A stretch of DNA of 63,669 bases, filler included, from Choristocarpus tenellus KU-1152 (taxonomy: Eukaryota; Protista; Phaeophyceae), in NCBI GenBank assembly GCA_964200185.2. It is 9 parts of 9 records of this genome, joined end to end, with 100 filler letters (N's around TTAATTAATTAA, not from the genome) between each part and the next. Parts side by side here need not be neighbours in the genome. Positions count along the whole stretch, not along the records: positions 1 to 9,557 come from CAXNAD020003582.1; positions 9,658 to 15,446 come from CAXNAD020009749.1; 7 more parts are not named here. One strand, 5' to 3'. This document shows, piece after piece, positions 1 through 12,565 of the stretch. A program made the position numbers and the translations under genes. Position 1 is the first letter of the stretch, and the number at the start of each line of letters is the position of its first letter. The notes beneath the pieces are model-generated. The model worked only from the letters and a program-made list of their open reading frames with translations, searched no databases and was not told where the DNA came from.

Positions 1-18
1 CCCCAGATACTTTGAGCC
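1..18. mobile_element. MITE family A, terminal fragment
   Basis: CCCCAGATACTTTGAGCC matches the terminus of the full copies (9699-9880, 33525-33690). Confidence 0.7.
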
Positions 19-3000
19 TGAGTAACGAGGGCAGATTGATGGGGAGGAGGAAGAGGGCGAGCATACCTCCAAGTTTAACACTAAGTTCAGAAGAGAATAC
101 ACAGCAGTTTCCATCCCCATATCATAGAACCCTGTTAAAGGTCCGCCCCAGGCTGTTACCCCCTACACCCAGAATGTGGATGATGTGAGCATCACTTGTC
201 CACATACAATGGAATGATTGAGGTACAAGGTACGGTCTCCACATACATGTACTTTCCAGTATTTCATCAACAGTATCATCGACATGAAAGGAAGGCGTGA
301 TCGAGCCGTCCACTATTGTGTAGAACTAGAAGAGGTAGAAAGGCGAAGTACAGAGGAGAGATGAGGGTTTCAAATTTAAGACAAAGTTATCAAGAAATTT
401 GTCATTGGCTTGACATTCCAGAATACAATGTAACTAAAGAGTTAGAAATGAATTCATTAAGATTTCATTACAACTGCATCTATCTATGGTGGCGAACCTC
501 TTGACTTAAGTGTAGTATAATTCTTGTTGTTCTTACTATATTTGATCCATATATATATTATATTACGAATAATAATAGCATAATAAGATATACTCTTTTC
601 ATGTTGTTCCGCTTATCCAGATTGAAAATCCGACTTTGGACTTTATAGAGTGGATGCGATGTGTGATCCTCACATCTTCAATCTGTCAACACCCAACTCT
701 TGAAGAGGTCGACCAACTAAGTCTTGCGTTTTCAGGAGATGAAGCCAAGAAACATGCTCATCCTGGACAGGTTTTTCCCGCTGCACTGTCTCTATTGGGA
801 ATCCAACATGAAGGCCGTGGACCAACTGGACGACCAGGTGATGGTAAGGTGAAGTTCATGATCAGACTGGGGATAGTTTAAATATTTATGGGCTCCCGCA
901 GGATGGCTGCCTCTGTGAAGTCATCCAGTTTGCCTAGATTATGTCTTATGTCTACCCTATCCGTCAAATTCGTGACCAGATCGACCCGCAACCTTCGGGA
1001 CTGTTGGGATTCTGAGCATAACCAATACAATGTATAAACGATCCAGTGTGCGCATGACTTTACCCTCGTCACCGTACTCTATGAAGTGTCATCCTCGTGG
1101 CGATTAAGGAGGGTGAGTCTTTCCTGTCTGAACGAATTCCCTCAGACTATCGCATATCTTGAAAAAAAGACGAAGACTTCAACTTCTACCATTTTGTCAC
1201 GAGTATGCCAATGTTGGGGGTTTACGAGTAGCCTAGGACACACAGGAAATGAAATGAGCTGTGCTAATCTATGCTGGGGCGTGGGATGTTTGAGGTACTA
1301 TTTGCTTCAGGTGTTGAGAAATATACCTACAAGGCGGTGCCCGTAGTTTTGTAGAGGTACCTCCAGCATGTTGCTGTATGGATTGCTGCTGGAGTGCACG
1401 CAAAACGATACTTGAATTCAGGCCGACCTTAGGGAGCTAGCCCGATCTTACAGCAGCTACTGTAGGCTGAAGACCCTGAGGAACTACGCTCCACATCATT
1501 GACTATGACAATGGGAGGGGTAGCAGAGTGCGAGATGCTGGAACTGGTCACTGGGACGATGGATAACGAGCTCTTACCAGGGATGGCAACAGCCCACGTT
1601 TTCTGAACAACACTTGCGTAGTTCTGGGTCAAATTGACATTTTTTTTTCGTAGGATTTTGATCAGGAGTGGTAAGAATGGCCACCTTCATCACACATCAA
1701 GCCTCTTCGAAATTTTGGTCGAAGGTCGCGACAATTTTCCTCCTCAAGCCAAATTGGTCAGGCATATCATAAGATACTTGCCCCTATTCTCTCACAATCC
1801 CTCCTTGCTGGGCAGGAGAATGATTGCGGGCCTTATCAGATATTTCAGCTGCTTGCAGGATGTGGGTCATCGAAGGAGCTGGAGATCTTTTTCTGGGTGG
1901 GGATACCAATGTATGTACACAATCTATTTGCACCCACAAATGCATTAACCAGATGAGAGTTGTTTTAGACCACCTTTGTAATTAAGGTTGCCCTTGTAGA
2001 GTGCATGGCCATCACTCTGATCATAATCAATTTTAACATCATTCTGAGCACACTCGATATTCAGGCTGCTACATTTTGACATGACCGATATCTGCCGGCG
2101 GCAATCTAAAATCAGGACATTCGATTGAGATGATCATGGGGTCGATAAGCAGCAGTCTGGTTATCACATCCAGAGAGGCATTAGTATCAACAATATCAAA
2201 GGTAATCTTGACACAAAATGACGCCTATAGTCTTGGATATTGTCTGCACGTGTATGTATGTATATTATAAAAAGTGTGTATGTGAACGTTTATTACATTG
2301 GACATTCCTTTTGTTGGTGAGGAACATGCACATGCTGTGTAGTGGTGTTTTTTCTTGCCTGCTGCGAGTGGCACCCATAGAGAGATCGTACAAGGTCTGT
2401 TTCCACGGAGAATCTTTATATCACCTCAAATGCATTTGATTTATCTCGTGGAATTCCTTCAAATCTGGGATGCCTTGTTCTCAGTTGATAGGTTTTTGAT
2501 TTTCAAATAGATGTGTCCGCATACTGGTTCTGAAGTATGAACAATAATTCCCTTTACTAAGCAGTTGGTGTATCACTTGCCATTTATTGAGAGACTTGAA
2601 AAAAAAACATGTGCAAATGCCTACTTATCCACATTCCCCCGCTCACCCTAGTCTCTGCCTGCTTGACACAAAAAGGTGGTTGACCCCTGAGATTTTCATG
2701 AGAGAGGTGTTGCCCACAACCAAGGTCAGCCTATCGAACATCCTGGCTAGCTCGTTTATAAACGATGTTAGGGTCTTGCAAGTGCTTCCCATGGGCTGAC
2801 ACAGCTGAGATGGCCCAAGATGTGCTTGGTGGTTGCATTCAATCACCTGTCTTTCGGTGTGTCCACAAGATGGTCTCCAAGGTGAATCTGCACAAAGCTC
2901 TGCTATTTTCCCTTTCCCCAGGGAGGTGTTGCCAGGAGTACCACATCGTGAAAATCCCCAAGGAACTGAATGTGTAGTGAACAAATCTGTGGTGGAATGA

Positions 3001-3736
3001 TGCCACTTAATTTGTTGTGTTTTGTTGTGTGTAAGGTTGGATTGAGGTCTACTAGTGTTTAGGGGGAAGAATAGTTTATTTGTCTCCCAGTCCTAGCCAT
3101 ACTGATCATTCATCAAGTTGGGCTTTGATGATGCACTAACTCTTGACTTCCCAGACTGGAATATGCTTATAGCGGATCAAGTATTTCCCCGCGGTTACGA
3201 AGGCAATTGTGTCAATCCATTCACATATTATTTTCTGATCAAATTTAAAGTTTATGTTACACATTTGTCTGCATTCGGCCTGTCAGAGCTCTGGATAGTT
3301 TAAAGGGGTTAATGTGAGGGTAGATGTGACTTAATTCCACACCTTCTGAGTTAAAGTAAAGAACAGAATTTGATGTGCACACTAGCACTAAAACTGCAAA
3401 ACAATCTTAGTGGAGGTTCAATTCCTGTCTCAGCACCCGATGGTGTTTTAGTGGCGCCTTAGAGGAACTGCATTTGGAGGGGAAGATATAGGATAAGACC
3501 TACGATGTCAAAGCACTATACACTGACCTCACAAGATTTGAGGCATTTGGCATCATTCGTAGAACACTTATCTACTTGCAACACACATAATAGTTGCCAG
3601 CAAGAACCAGAAGTTGATTTTGGTCTGTACAGATACGATGTCTAGTGGCATACAATATTGAAAGTGCTATTTCTTTTCTCTCACCAAGGACAAGGAATAA
3701 TTGCAGGATGCGAGCCAAGACAGAAAAGGCCTATAC

Positions 3737-3995
3737 GAGTCAAAGTATTTTAGAGGGTAGGGTCGCGTCCATTTGGGGTCCAAAATCCAATGTTGCGATT
3801 TTGATGTAATTTTGGCTATCATTCTTGGTAGGAAGTGTAAATATCCTTGTTCTAAACACACCTTTTCATAACGTATACATTTTACCTACTCCGAAACATT
3901 TGGAGTAGGAAGATGTCATAATAAAAGCCCATGTGAAGCCAAGCCCCAAATGGACAAACAGGGCAAAATTCCTACCCTCTAAGATACTTTCACTT
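3737..3995 (+). mobile_element. MITE family B (~260 bp non-autonomous TIR element)
   Basis: TIR GAGTCAAAGTATTTTAGAGGGTAG ... CTACCCTCTAAGATACTTTCACTT; flanked by ATAC/ATAC; body shared with 46443, 55177 and 61746. Confidence 0.9.
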
Positions 3996-6360
3996 ATACG
4001 TAGTCACACACACCATAGTCAAAATCAATCAAATGTATTCAAGAAACCTCTTTGAAATTTTGTCAAATCATGACTTGGTTTGATTTAGTTTGAAGTCTCT
4101 TACCACCCTTTTTTGTGACTGAGCTTATCTAATATTTTGACTCAGGCACTGCAGCCAAGTATACCCAAGCTGTGCCAGGTTTTACTAATGTGTTGCCTTG
4201 GGCTTACAGCTGGATATTTTATCGTCGCAGCTTGCGCTTAAGTGTTTCCCCAAGTTCTGAACATGAGTGGTAGGTTTCTTGTTCTGAATCCGGAAGTAAC
4301 CAAGCACCAGTTCAATGTCTCCAACAATTGTGTCCCCCCCACCCCTTCAATCCTCTGTTGCACAACACAAACCGCTTTTCTTTGCTGACTACCTGATCCT
4401 ATCAAGAACCTGTAGCAGAGGATATTTAATCTGTACTCACTGCTTCCCTCATTTCCACCATCAACATCTGGTCCTGATTTTGGGAACTGTTTGTTGTGAG
4501 TGATCTAAGGCGAAAAAATGCTATCAAGAACAGCAGATATATTCTAGGATAGTCAAGTCAAGGAGAGCTGTACGTCCAAACCATGAACAGCCTTCCTAAT
4601 TTTTACTTTTTCATTTTTTTTGCTCAAGGACACCTGGAGTACGCAGAGAGCCATGATATGCGGGTATTGAAGGTGCATGGGCGTCTTTGATTGCACTAGC
4701 ATTAGCTTGCCCAAGTTGAACCCTCTCTTGTGGTGTTTCAGGCTCGTTAATTGGTGACTGTCTATAACAGTATGCAGATATCTGAGGACGCACCACATGT
4801 TTGCTACAGATGACTCACTTGATTTGTGTAATGTTCACAGGTGCAAACTATTGGATTATTTGTTATTTCTCAGGAATATGGGGAAAAAAAAGGTCTTGAC
4901 ACATCCCACCACTACTACCTCCCCCCTCCCCCCACCCCACAATACGCTCATCCCTATCTGAGTTTTCAGCGAGTAGTCATCGAGTCTGATATGTTTATCT
5001 GATTCCCTTGTGACAGTCATAGTGAGAGGACTCTTTCAGTTTGTATTGAGCATTAGCCTATCCTTCGTGCACCCCAAAAATACCTGTATTTTCAAATTCA
5101 AACATTTTCAATACTACTCCCTCAAACACTTACGCCTATTATTCATTCGTCATCGAGAAGTGCTCTTATGGTAATCTTGGTTGAGCTCTGTGATGTGTGA
5201 TGAATTTCCCTTGCAAGGGTGATGATTGGTGAAGGCTCAGTCATCTGCAATCGCAGCATGTAAAGCAGTGTGCAAGCAAGACCAAAACTTTAACACAAGA
5301 AACATTGCTTTGAATTGGAACCTCCTTATCTCCCTTGAGTCATCTAATACAAAGTATGTGTCACGAATTTTTTAATGAGCATATCCTTGACTCTTATGTT
5401 CTTATCTTATGTCTTGAGTAGTGTGTTCTGTTTCTTGTGCAACAGAGCATTCAACTCTGGTTGATCACATTTGTTTTAAAGTGCGTTAGCTCACTTGAGA
5501 CCTATGTGCCGCTAACAATCCAGGCCTCACCGCCATATTCTTTGAATCCCAATGCTCAATCAAGGGTGCAACTTACAGGTGCATGGGCAGAAGGCATATT
5601 GCTGGGTTCCTGCTTCTTGAGCATCCTGTGGACTGCACCCTTACATGTCCCAATTGAGATCAAGGGAAATTCGCTACTCTTTTCACCTCGTAGATGTAGG
5701 CCCCCAGTCTGTAGCATAGGGTGGATTACTTACACTGTTGATCGTGTGTGGTGCAGTAGCTCTTAGTATTGCACAAGTGATGTGCATACCCCGTGTTAGA
5801 TGCTATCCATATACCATGCTCCTTTCTTTAGAAACAAAAATAATTTGATCCGATGTTCATTAACACTTTTGTCAACCACGTTTTGTTACACTTGACCCTG
5901 CAAGTAGCTGCTCAGTTCTAACTTCGAGCAATGCAGTATTGAGAAAAGGTCAAACATTGCCAGTTTGACATGTGTGCTGTTGTGGCGACCAGTGCATCCG
6001 TTGTGTCGGAGATCAGGCTATTTGCGTATAGCTGTAGTGAGGACATGACCTTTGTTTGCCCTCCTGGTAACTCCATAAGTGAGTGTAAGGTATAGAGTGT
6101 TTATAGCAATGTCAGACTTCATTTTGTAGTCGTTGATTACAGCCTTTTGTCTTTGTGAAGTACATATCCTCTAACCTTGCATCAGGAAGGACCAAAGCAA
6201 ATTGGTTGGGATGACAGGATGTTCAAGAGAAATTGTGTAGTGATTTGGTCTGAACAGTTCTCTTATTTGTATGTTTCATTGCATTAATCGAAGTGAGTGA
6301 TACTTGGTGTTTTTCTTAATTGTGTCTTGTACAGCTCCATCTAACGGATGGCCCGCATTG

Positions 6361-6793
6361 TACTGGATGTTGGCTTGCCGTCTTGTGCACACGAGTCAGA
6401 GGGCACGGCCGCGACACCCCTCTGTTCTTCTCTCTTGGTGCCTGGTCTGACCCTGACTCCCACAGGAATTATGTGCTTATGTTTTCTCTTGTTCAGATCT
6501 GTCAAACATAGTGCAGATGATGACCTCATTTTTCCCAAGGGAGTGATCGAACAGGAAAAGGACAGTGACCAACTGGGCAGCAGATTATGAAGCATGCCTG
6601 TTCGGTCACTCCCTTGGGAGAAATGAGCACATCCACTGCACCATTTCCCGCAGATCTGAACAAGAGAGAACAGAGGCACATAATGTTGGTGGGCGTGAGG
6701 GTCCGTACAGCCATGAAAAGAGCAAAGCAGGGTGATGTTGCAGCGGTGACCTCTGACTTGAGTACACAAGGCGGCAAGCAAACAATCAATGTA
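6361..6793. repeat. Long imperfect inverted repeat (~195-nt arms, ~41-nt loop at 6556-6596)
   Basis: Left arm ...TTCTCTTGTTCAGATCTG...TCCCAAGGGAGTGATCGAACAGG pairs with right arm CCTGTTCGGTCACTCCCTTGGGA...CAGATCTGAACAAGAGA. ORFs 6348..6590(+) and 6526..6801(-) translate to mutually similar peptides. Confidence 0.9.
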
Positions 6794-7069
6794 AGGAGCA
6801 AGACATCTTAACAGTGCTCTACAAATTGCAAGTGTCAAATATATTAAGTATCACTCAACATAAAAAACTGCTAAAAAGTGCACCAATGAAAGTCCTGTTT
6901 GGAGTTAGCCCCTGCATATCCTTTAGTGCTCACCTGCCGTGCCCATGAATTTCCTTTGGTACTGATACAGGAGTTCAAGCAATTATATTCTGTGTAGGTA
7001 GTTAACATGCCTTTATAAAAAGGCTGGCACTGCTTATGTACAGAATAAACCCTACATTTACTCTTGCAG

Positions 7070-8188
7070 GAGGGTGATGATGTCCTTACTCTATGTCATA
7101 TGCAGATGGCTTGGCCTCTGAAAGAGCAGTGGCAATGGTTGCTACAATAGCAAACATGTTGACCTTAAGGTTGACCTGATCGATACCATTCTGCTCCATG
7201 TTGACCTGAGCATCAAGGTAGAGGACGACGATGGAAGGTTGAAATAGGGAAATGATGAACATTGGATAATAGCAGTTAGGATTCTGAAGAGCATGGGGAA
7301 TTGATACAGCTTTGAGATGAGGCATTTATTTCAACTCTGCCTCCTCAGGCACTGTATCGCACATGAACAATACCATCTGTAGTCCGTCCCACAGTTTACA
7401 CTGAGGGCGTTTACCCAGGAGTTGACAAAGTAATGTACGTTATACAATCTTTTCAATTGATTCCCCCTATTACAGTCCTTACTCCCTACACAATATATAT
7501 ATATATATTGGTTGTGTTTGTCTAGGTATACAGTTCTTTCCAAAAGAAATCCTTGTGCAGTGCCAGGTGACTGGCGTTGCGAGTCGTAATGATTGAATTG
7601 GTCCGATTTATTATATCGGAGAATATTCTAAGCCGAAAATCTTGGGACCGATTATTCGGTTATCTTGTATTCTCTGGAATATCTGTAGGAGAAAAGGACA
7701 AACACAGGCACACAAACAAGCTCACAAGTACCATGAGTACCTCTAGGACTGTGAAATACGCCATGGGTTTGCCCAGGTACTCTGAAGACAGTAGGGATAG
7801 GTTCCTACAAATGTATGACATCGACCAATCTGCTGGATATGCCCTTCCATGTGTGAAAGATGATGGCAAAGGAGAGAAAGATGTAGAATCTGTCTTGAAG
7901 GCAGATCGTAAGCGGTCAATGGTTAAGATAGATCGCTTGCTGGAGGAAGACCCCTGCATCATGATCCACGAATGCCTCGATCTCAGTTTGGAGTATGTGA
8001 TTCTCATAGCTTCCATCAAAGGAGTAATTGGTGCTATTGAATCAGGTTGGGCAAGTGTTAGTGCTTACTATTCAAAGTCTAGTCAGTGCAAGGAGATGTT
8101 GGGGGAGATATGCAACATGACGAGGATTGAACGGAAGGAAGTGATGCAGGATGTATACCGACTCATTGGCGATCCACTTACTCCATAG
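7070..8188 (+). pseudogene. Decayed coding relic, possibly a Ulp1/C48-like peptidase of a DNA transposon, followed by a 203-aa ORF of unknown function
   Basis: Translates across stops and frameshifts to DTILLHVDL...NDEHWIIAVRI...IYFNSA...GD(C)ALRVV, resembling the order of the Ulp1 HW/DS/DCG motifs. Confidence 0.3.
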
Positions 8189-8484
8189 TGGACCGCTTTC
8201 TGCACCTCAAACCCACAACATATATCGACATTTGAGTGGGAGGAAAGAGGTTGGAATACGCATGCAATACAGAAAGTGAAAGTGCTTGTAGGAGGAAGTG
8301 GAGAAGTCCCTGTCACCTGTCAAACCTTCTGAAAATATGCAACAGATATCATTCTTTGTTTTACAATGAAATCTATCCACACATGTGTTGTTCTTTCTTC
8401 CTTCACATTTGTTTCAAGTTTTGTTTAGGTCCAAACTGTTACTTGTCATTTGCAGTTGCTTTGCTTCTTTGAAACACAATAATT

Positions 8485-8652
8485 GAGAGGTAGGCGGGTT
8501 TGGACGGTTTCACATTTTGAAGGCATTTTTCTTACCCTGTTCAACACACCCTATTACATTGCTATGAGTGCACAATAGTGTACGCAAATTAGTATTCCCC
8601 CTTTTGAGACACAAAGTGACCCCACAATTCAGCAAGGACTCTTTCCGCAATT
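8485..8652 (-). mobile_element. MITE family D, truncated copy
   Basis: AATT-GAGAGGTAGGC start; body is the reverse complement of part of 9037-9269 (ACACAAAGTGAC...CACAATTCAGCAA). Confidence 0.75.
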
Positions 8653-9036
8653 CTACAACCTTAAGACGCAACCTTACCTACCTCTTAAACACTTTGACTC
8701 TCTTATACCTCGCTAATCTTACATCTTTCTTCCTCCCCATCTACCACCTCGCCTCTTGTTAACTTCTCTTCTGCTATAATCAGGTGATGGGTCTAGTAAA
8801 GTATTTGCTTGATCCCATGAAAGTAGAGAAGACTCTTGAGGGTGAAACATGTATACCACAGTGTCTCGAATTATCCCCCAATATCTTCAATGTGCGAGTG
8901 GAGCTTGAGAAGGCAATGCAAGTCTGGAGGGTCTTCAAAACCGCCACCCTTGAACCGGTGGAAGCGAAAAATGCTGCATGCAGTGCACAAGCTCGATGTT
9001 GCTGATTTCGTGAACTGCTTTCGAGGCAAAGAAATT

Positions 9037-9269
9037 GAGAGGTAGGCAGGGTTGCATTTCAAGGATCCCGTCAAAGGGAAAAAAGGCGCCATTTTGTACA
9101 ATTGCAGGAAGAGCTTTTGCTGAATTGTGGTGTCACTTTGTGTGTGGAAAGGGGAAACGTCAATTTTGCTTACACTATTATGGACATAAAGCAACCAAAT
9201 AGAGTGTTGTATAGGTTAAGTAAGAAAAATGACTAAGAACGCAAAAGGTTTCGAACTTGCCTACCTCTC
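9037..9269 (+). mobile_element. MITE family D, full copy (233 bp) with AATT target duplication
   Basis: TIR GAGAGGTAGGCA ... TGCCTACCTCTC flanked by AATT on both sides (9033-9036, 9270-9273). Confidence 0.88.
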
Positions 9270-9536
9270 AATTGGTTTGGCTCTTTGGCATAGTGGTTAG
9301 TCGTTGGGGAGGAGGAGCTCAGAGCACAGGAGGCAGAGAATAGTCCATAGTCCTCATACAAATGACCCAAGGGATTGTAAGAGCTTCCCTTGCAATTTGT
9401 GGGGGGAATTCAGCTAGTGATGGTGGGGCATTGAAACAGATGGCTGGCCAGGGGGCACATGGAGGAAGTAGCACATGTAAAGGTTGATGCCTCCAAGGTT
9501 GTAGGAGGGCTCCCAAACATTTATATGGATAGTGGA

Positions 9537-9557
9537 GGGTCAAAGTATCTGGGGGGG
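9537..9557 (+). mobile_element. MITE family A, left terminus at contig end
   Basis: GGGTCAAAGTATCTGGGGGGG running into the gap. Confidence 0.7.
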
Positions 9558-9657
9558 NNNNNNNNNNNNNNNNNNNNNNNNNNNNNNNNNNNNNNNNNNN
9601 NTTAATTAATTAANNNNNNNNNNNNNNNNNNNNNNNNNNNNNNNNNNNNNNNNNNNN
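9558..9657. other. Artificial contig linker (N-run / TTAATTAATTAA / N-run). Identical linkers at 15447-15546, 21444-21543, 27386-27485, 33425-33524, 47363-47462, 51961-52060, 60774-60873; a 10-N gap at 63381-63390
   Basis: Eight identical 100-nt blocks whose core gives stops in all six frames. Assembly spacer, not biological. Confidence 0.98.
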
Positions 9658-9698
9658 TAAATTATTTCCAGCCCGAGCTCTTTAATCCTGGTTTCCCT

Positions 9699-9880
9699 GC
9701 CTCAAGGTATTGGGGGGGGGGGGGGGGGTGGCTGTCCATTCGGGGCCCATTATTCAATGTCGCAATTTTGGGGTGATTTAGTTGCATGCATCGGATGGAC
9801 AATGTAAGTGCACTTCTCCTGGCCAAGGCCTGAATGGACACCCTGGTGTAGAACCCCCCCTCCCTCAGATACTTTGAGCC
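9699..9880 (+). mobile_element. MITE family A (~180 bp; poly-G/poly-C inside the TIRs)
   Basis: GCCTCAAGGTATT-(G)n-TGGCTGTCCATT...AATGGACACCCTGGTGTAG-(C)n-AGATACTTTGAGCC; CCT/CCT flanks. Confidence 0.88.
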
Positions 9881-12002
9881 CCTATGTGTTAGATTAAGAT
9901 TGGAGTAGTATTAAACAAAGCGGAATGAGATGTGGACTGAGATGTATTTATAGCTGCGGAATTCCCTGTTGTGAATCCAGATAAAAAGCAGGCAAAGGAA
10001 TAATTTCTTGTCTCCTCCTGATGCAATATTTGCCCACAAAGTTGAACAGAGGGGCTTCTTTTGTGCAACACTTCAAGGTAGTTCACATCGTCTTCAGGAA
10101 TGAATGCATTTCACAAAAATATATGAGTATATATTAAATGATGAACACCAAGTAGCATGTAGTTCGAACTGTGAAGCAATGAGGGAAGTTCGTCTGAGTG
10201 AATGTAGAAGAAGGATATAGGGTGGTTCATGAGAGGAAAATCTTGCGGTCATAACTAAAGACCTCTCTTCCTAATTGTGGAGAAGGAACTCTTCGAAGAT
10301 ACGATGCCTTCTCGTACCATTATGCATAGGTCTGTGTGCTCTGATAGCATTACGAATGATCAAGAGCCCATAATCTGTGCATCCAGACATCATATGGGAA
10401 ATAAGGCAGGACCCATACACCAGATTTCTGTTTCAGCCTGTCTATCGACACCCCTTCCAGTACGGAGACAAGCATTCTTTGTAGTAATAATGGACAGAGT
10501 TTGTGCAATCAAGCACACAAAGGGGTGTGACGTAGAGATATTTGGGGATAGAGGATACCTAGGGACAAATGTGAGTATGGACATGCATTGTGCAATGCAT
10601 GTCTTTCCACCAGTGAGTGGACTTGTGTACCTCACACAATTTAGTACCGAGGAACAGATAAAATAATGGGTGCCTCAAAACCTGAGGTATGTTGCCGAAG
10701 AGGTTACTCTGTGTGTGTTTGTGCCATGCACAGGGATTGCGGTTGCAGGAGTGTATGAGTCTGTCTTCTTATTTCACTCCTGTTAGACACATGTACTATA
10801 TAAAAACATGGTTACCTATCATATTGACCACAATATGCTGTTCGTGTATATATATAATGTGCACAAACCACCATTTAGTCAAGGTACTCTGGTCTAACCT
10901 TTTGCATCTCTGCATCTACTTCATTCACATTACATATTTTCCACACATACTAGTGCTACTGGTGTCCTAAAATCCCTCAATAATCTGTGTGTTTCATGAT
11001 CCATGGTATCAGATCACTCTCAGCTTTAGGCATCCTCCAGGATGGTGCTTTCATCACCTGCTCGGTTTGTCTTGCAAAGCCCCACCTACAAGAGGAAATT
11101 CTACAAGTTTACCAGTCCAACAGCAGTCCTCAGGTAGAATCTACATGTGTCCATCACTTGCTGCCTGACAAGCAAGAGCTCACACTTGAGGGGAATATGC
11201 CTTACACCACAGTGCATTGTGTAACTGTACACATAAAACAGCAGTGGATGTATGCCACTCTGATCCAATTTTGTTATCAAAAGCATCCTCATACATCAAA
11301 CACACAAAAACAACGAAATCTCTTACGTTTGTATTTTTTAAAAATGGAGGATCCTCTATAAACCCCAATGGCGGTCAAATATGTTTATTCTACCACTTAC
11401 TGTTCAAAAGCTCGCAAATGCCACTCTTCAGTGGTGTTCTGAAGTCTCTAACATATGTCCTCTGCTGCCCTCTTGAATTCTCTCAGAAATTGCCTGAAAA
11501 CAAATCAGAAATAACAGAGATACTTCTAAAACATTTTCTAAAACATAATGATGGGATGTGTCTCATGGGTTACATATTTGGGTGTATCCTGGAAATCAAA
11601 AAATAAGCGGTGCAGGTCAATTAATCCTGCCAGCACTGTCTACTTATAGAGCTCTAAAAGGTGGGGACGTTCACACACAAGCCTAGCAAATGTTCCAGAC
11701 AAGTATGTATATATCTGGCTGTGCAGCATAGCGAACACAAATTGCACTATGAGCTCGAAAATAGTGCCTTCAAGAGTCACCATGCTCATCCTTCAACGTG
11801 AGTGACCGATGCAACAAGGTCCCTAGTAGAGGATGTCTGTCCAAGAAGGTAGGGGCGGTGGGTGGGAAGAGGTGGCATTGTCAGGAGATCAGCCATTGCA
11901 TTTTCCAATAGTATGAGGGGATAGCCAAAAAGAATTACAAATGCACGCCCAATCACTCTCCCTTCTCTTTTCCTCCGTCAACTACCATTACTGGCATCTT
12001 AC

Positions 12003-12565
12003 CCTTTCCACCAAGTATGACCAGTACGACTATCACAAGCGAGATAATCAGGATGGGGTTGCCAGCTGAGACGTTGGGGTCTGCTCCCTGTGATCTGAGC
12101 TCATTGCGCAGTTTCTCTTTCATCGAAGAAGACACAACTCCAATCTTTGGCATACTTTCTTCAACTACTTCTCCAGAAGGGGCTTCGGCATCAGGTGTGG
12201 GTTCAGCTTTCGGCTCCCTGCCCAAGGCAATCTCATCAGCAGCCACCTCTAATCCAGACAACGGTTGGAAGGGGGAGACACCAGGCAGATAAAAATATAT
12301 CACTTTTCATCAGGTACAACATGTGGCCGGATATAACGTATTTGGCAGGGGGGGGGAAAAGATAACATGGTACCAACAATTCCCTAAAGTCAAGGAGAAA
12401 AGTGAAGAGACGAATGGGAAAACGGGAATAAACGGTACACTAAGGGGAAGAATCATGATAGCAAACAAAGATTAATGGCGGGAAATGATGCAATGCCTCA
12501 CCTTCACGAAGTTCGGCAGCCTTGGCTCGGAGAGCTGCAGCCTCATCTTCCGCCTCCGAGGATGC
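12003..12565 (-). CDS. Small single-pass membrane protein, possibly plastid-localised (internal exons 12565-12502 and 12248-12003; first and last exons not resolved)
   Basis: Canonical GT-AG junction joins in frame: ASSEAEDEAAALRAKAAELRE-E-VAADEIALG...MKEKLRNELRSQGADPNVSAGNPILIISLVIVVLVILGGK (coiled-coil-like segment, then a C-terminal TM helix). Confidence 0.7.

Noticed and set aside
3737-3995. MITE A/B acting as introner elements
   Set aside because: No copy sits precisely within an exon of an intact gene with splice sites at its ends; the one in a coding frame (61746) introduces a stop.
9602-9613. Recurrent palindromic TTAATTAATTAA motif (8 times)
   Set aside because: Always centred in identical N-runs; an artificial six-frame-stop contig spacer. 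The ORFs ending in XXXX-LIN are artefacts of it.
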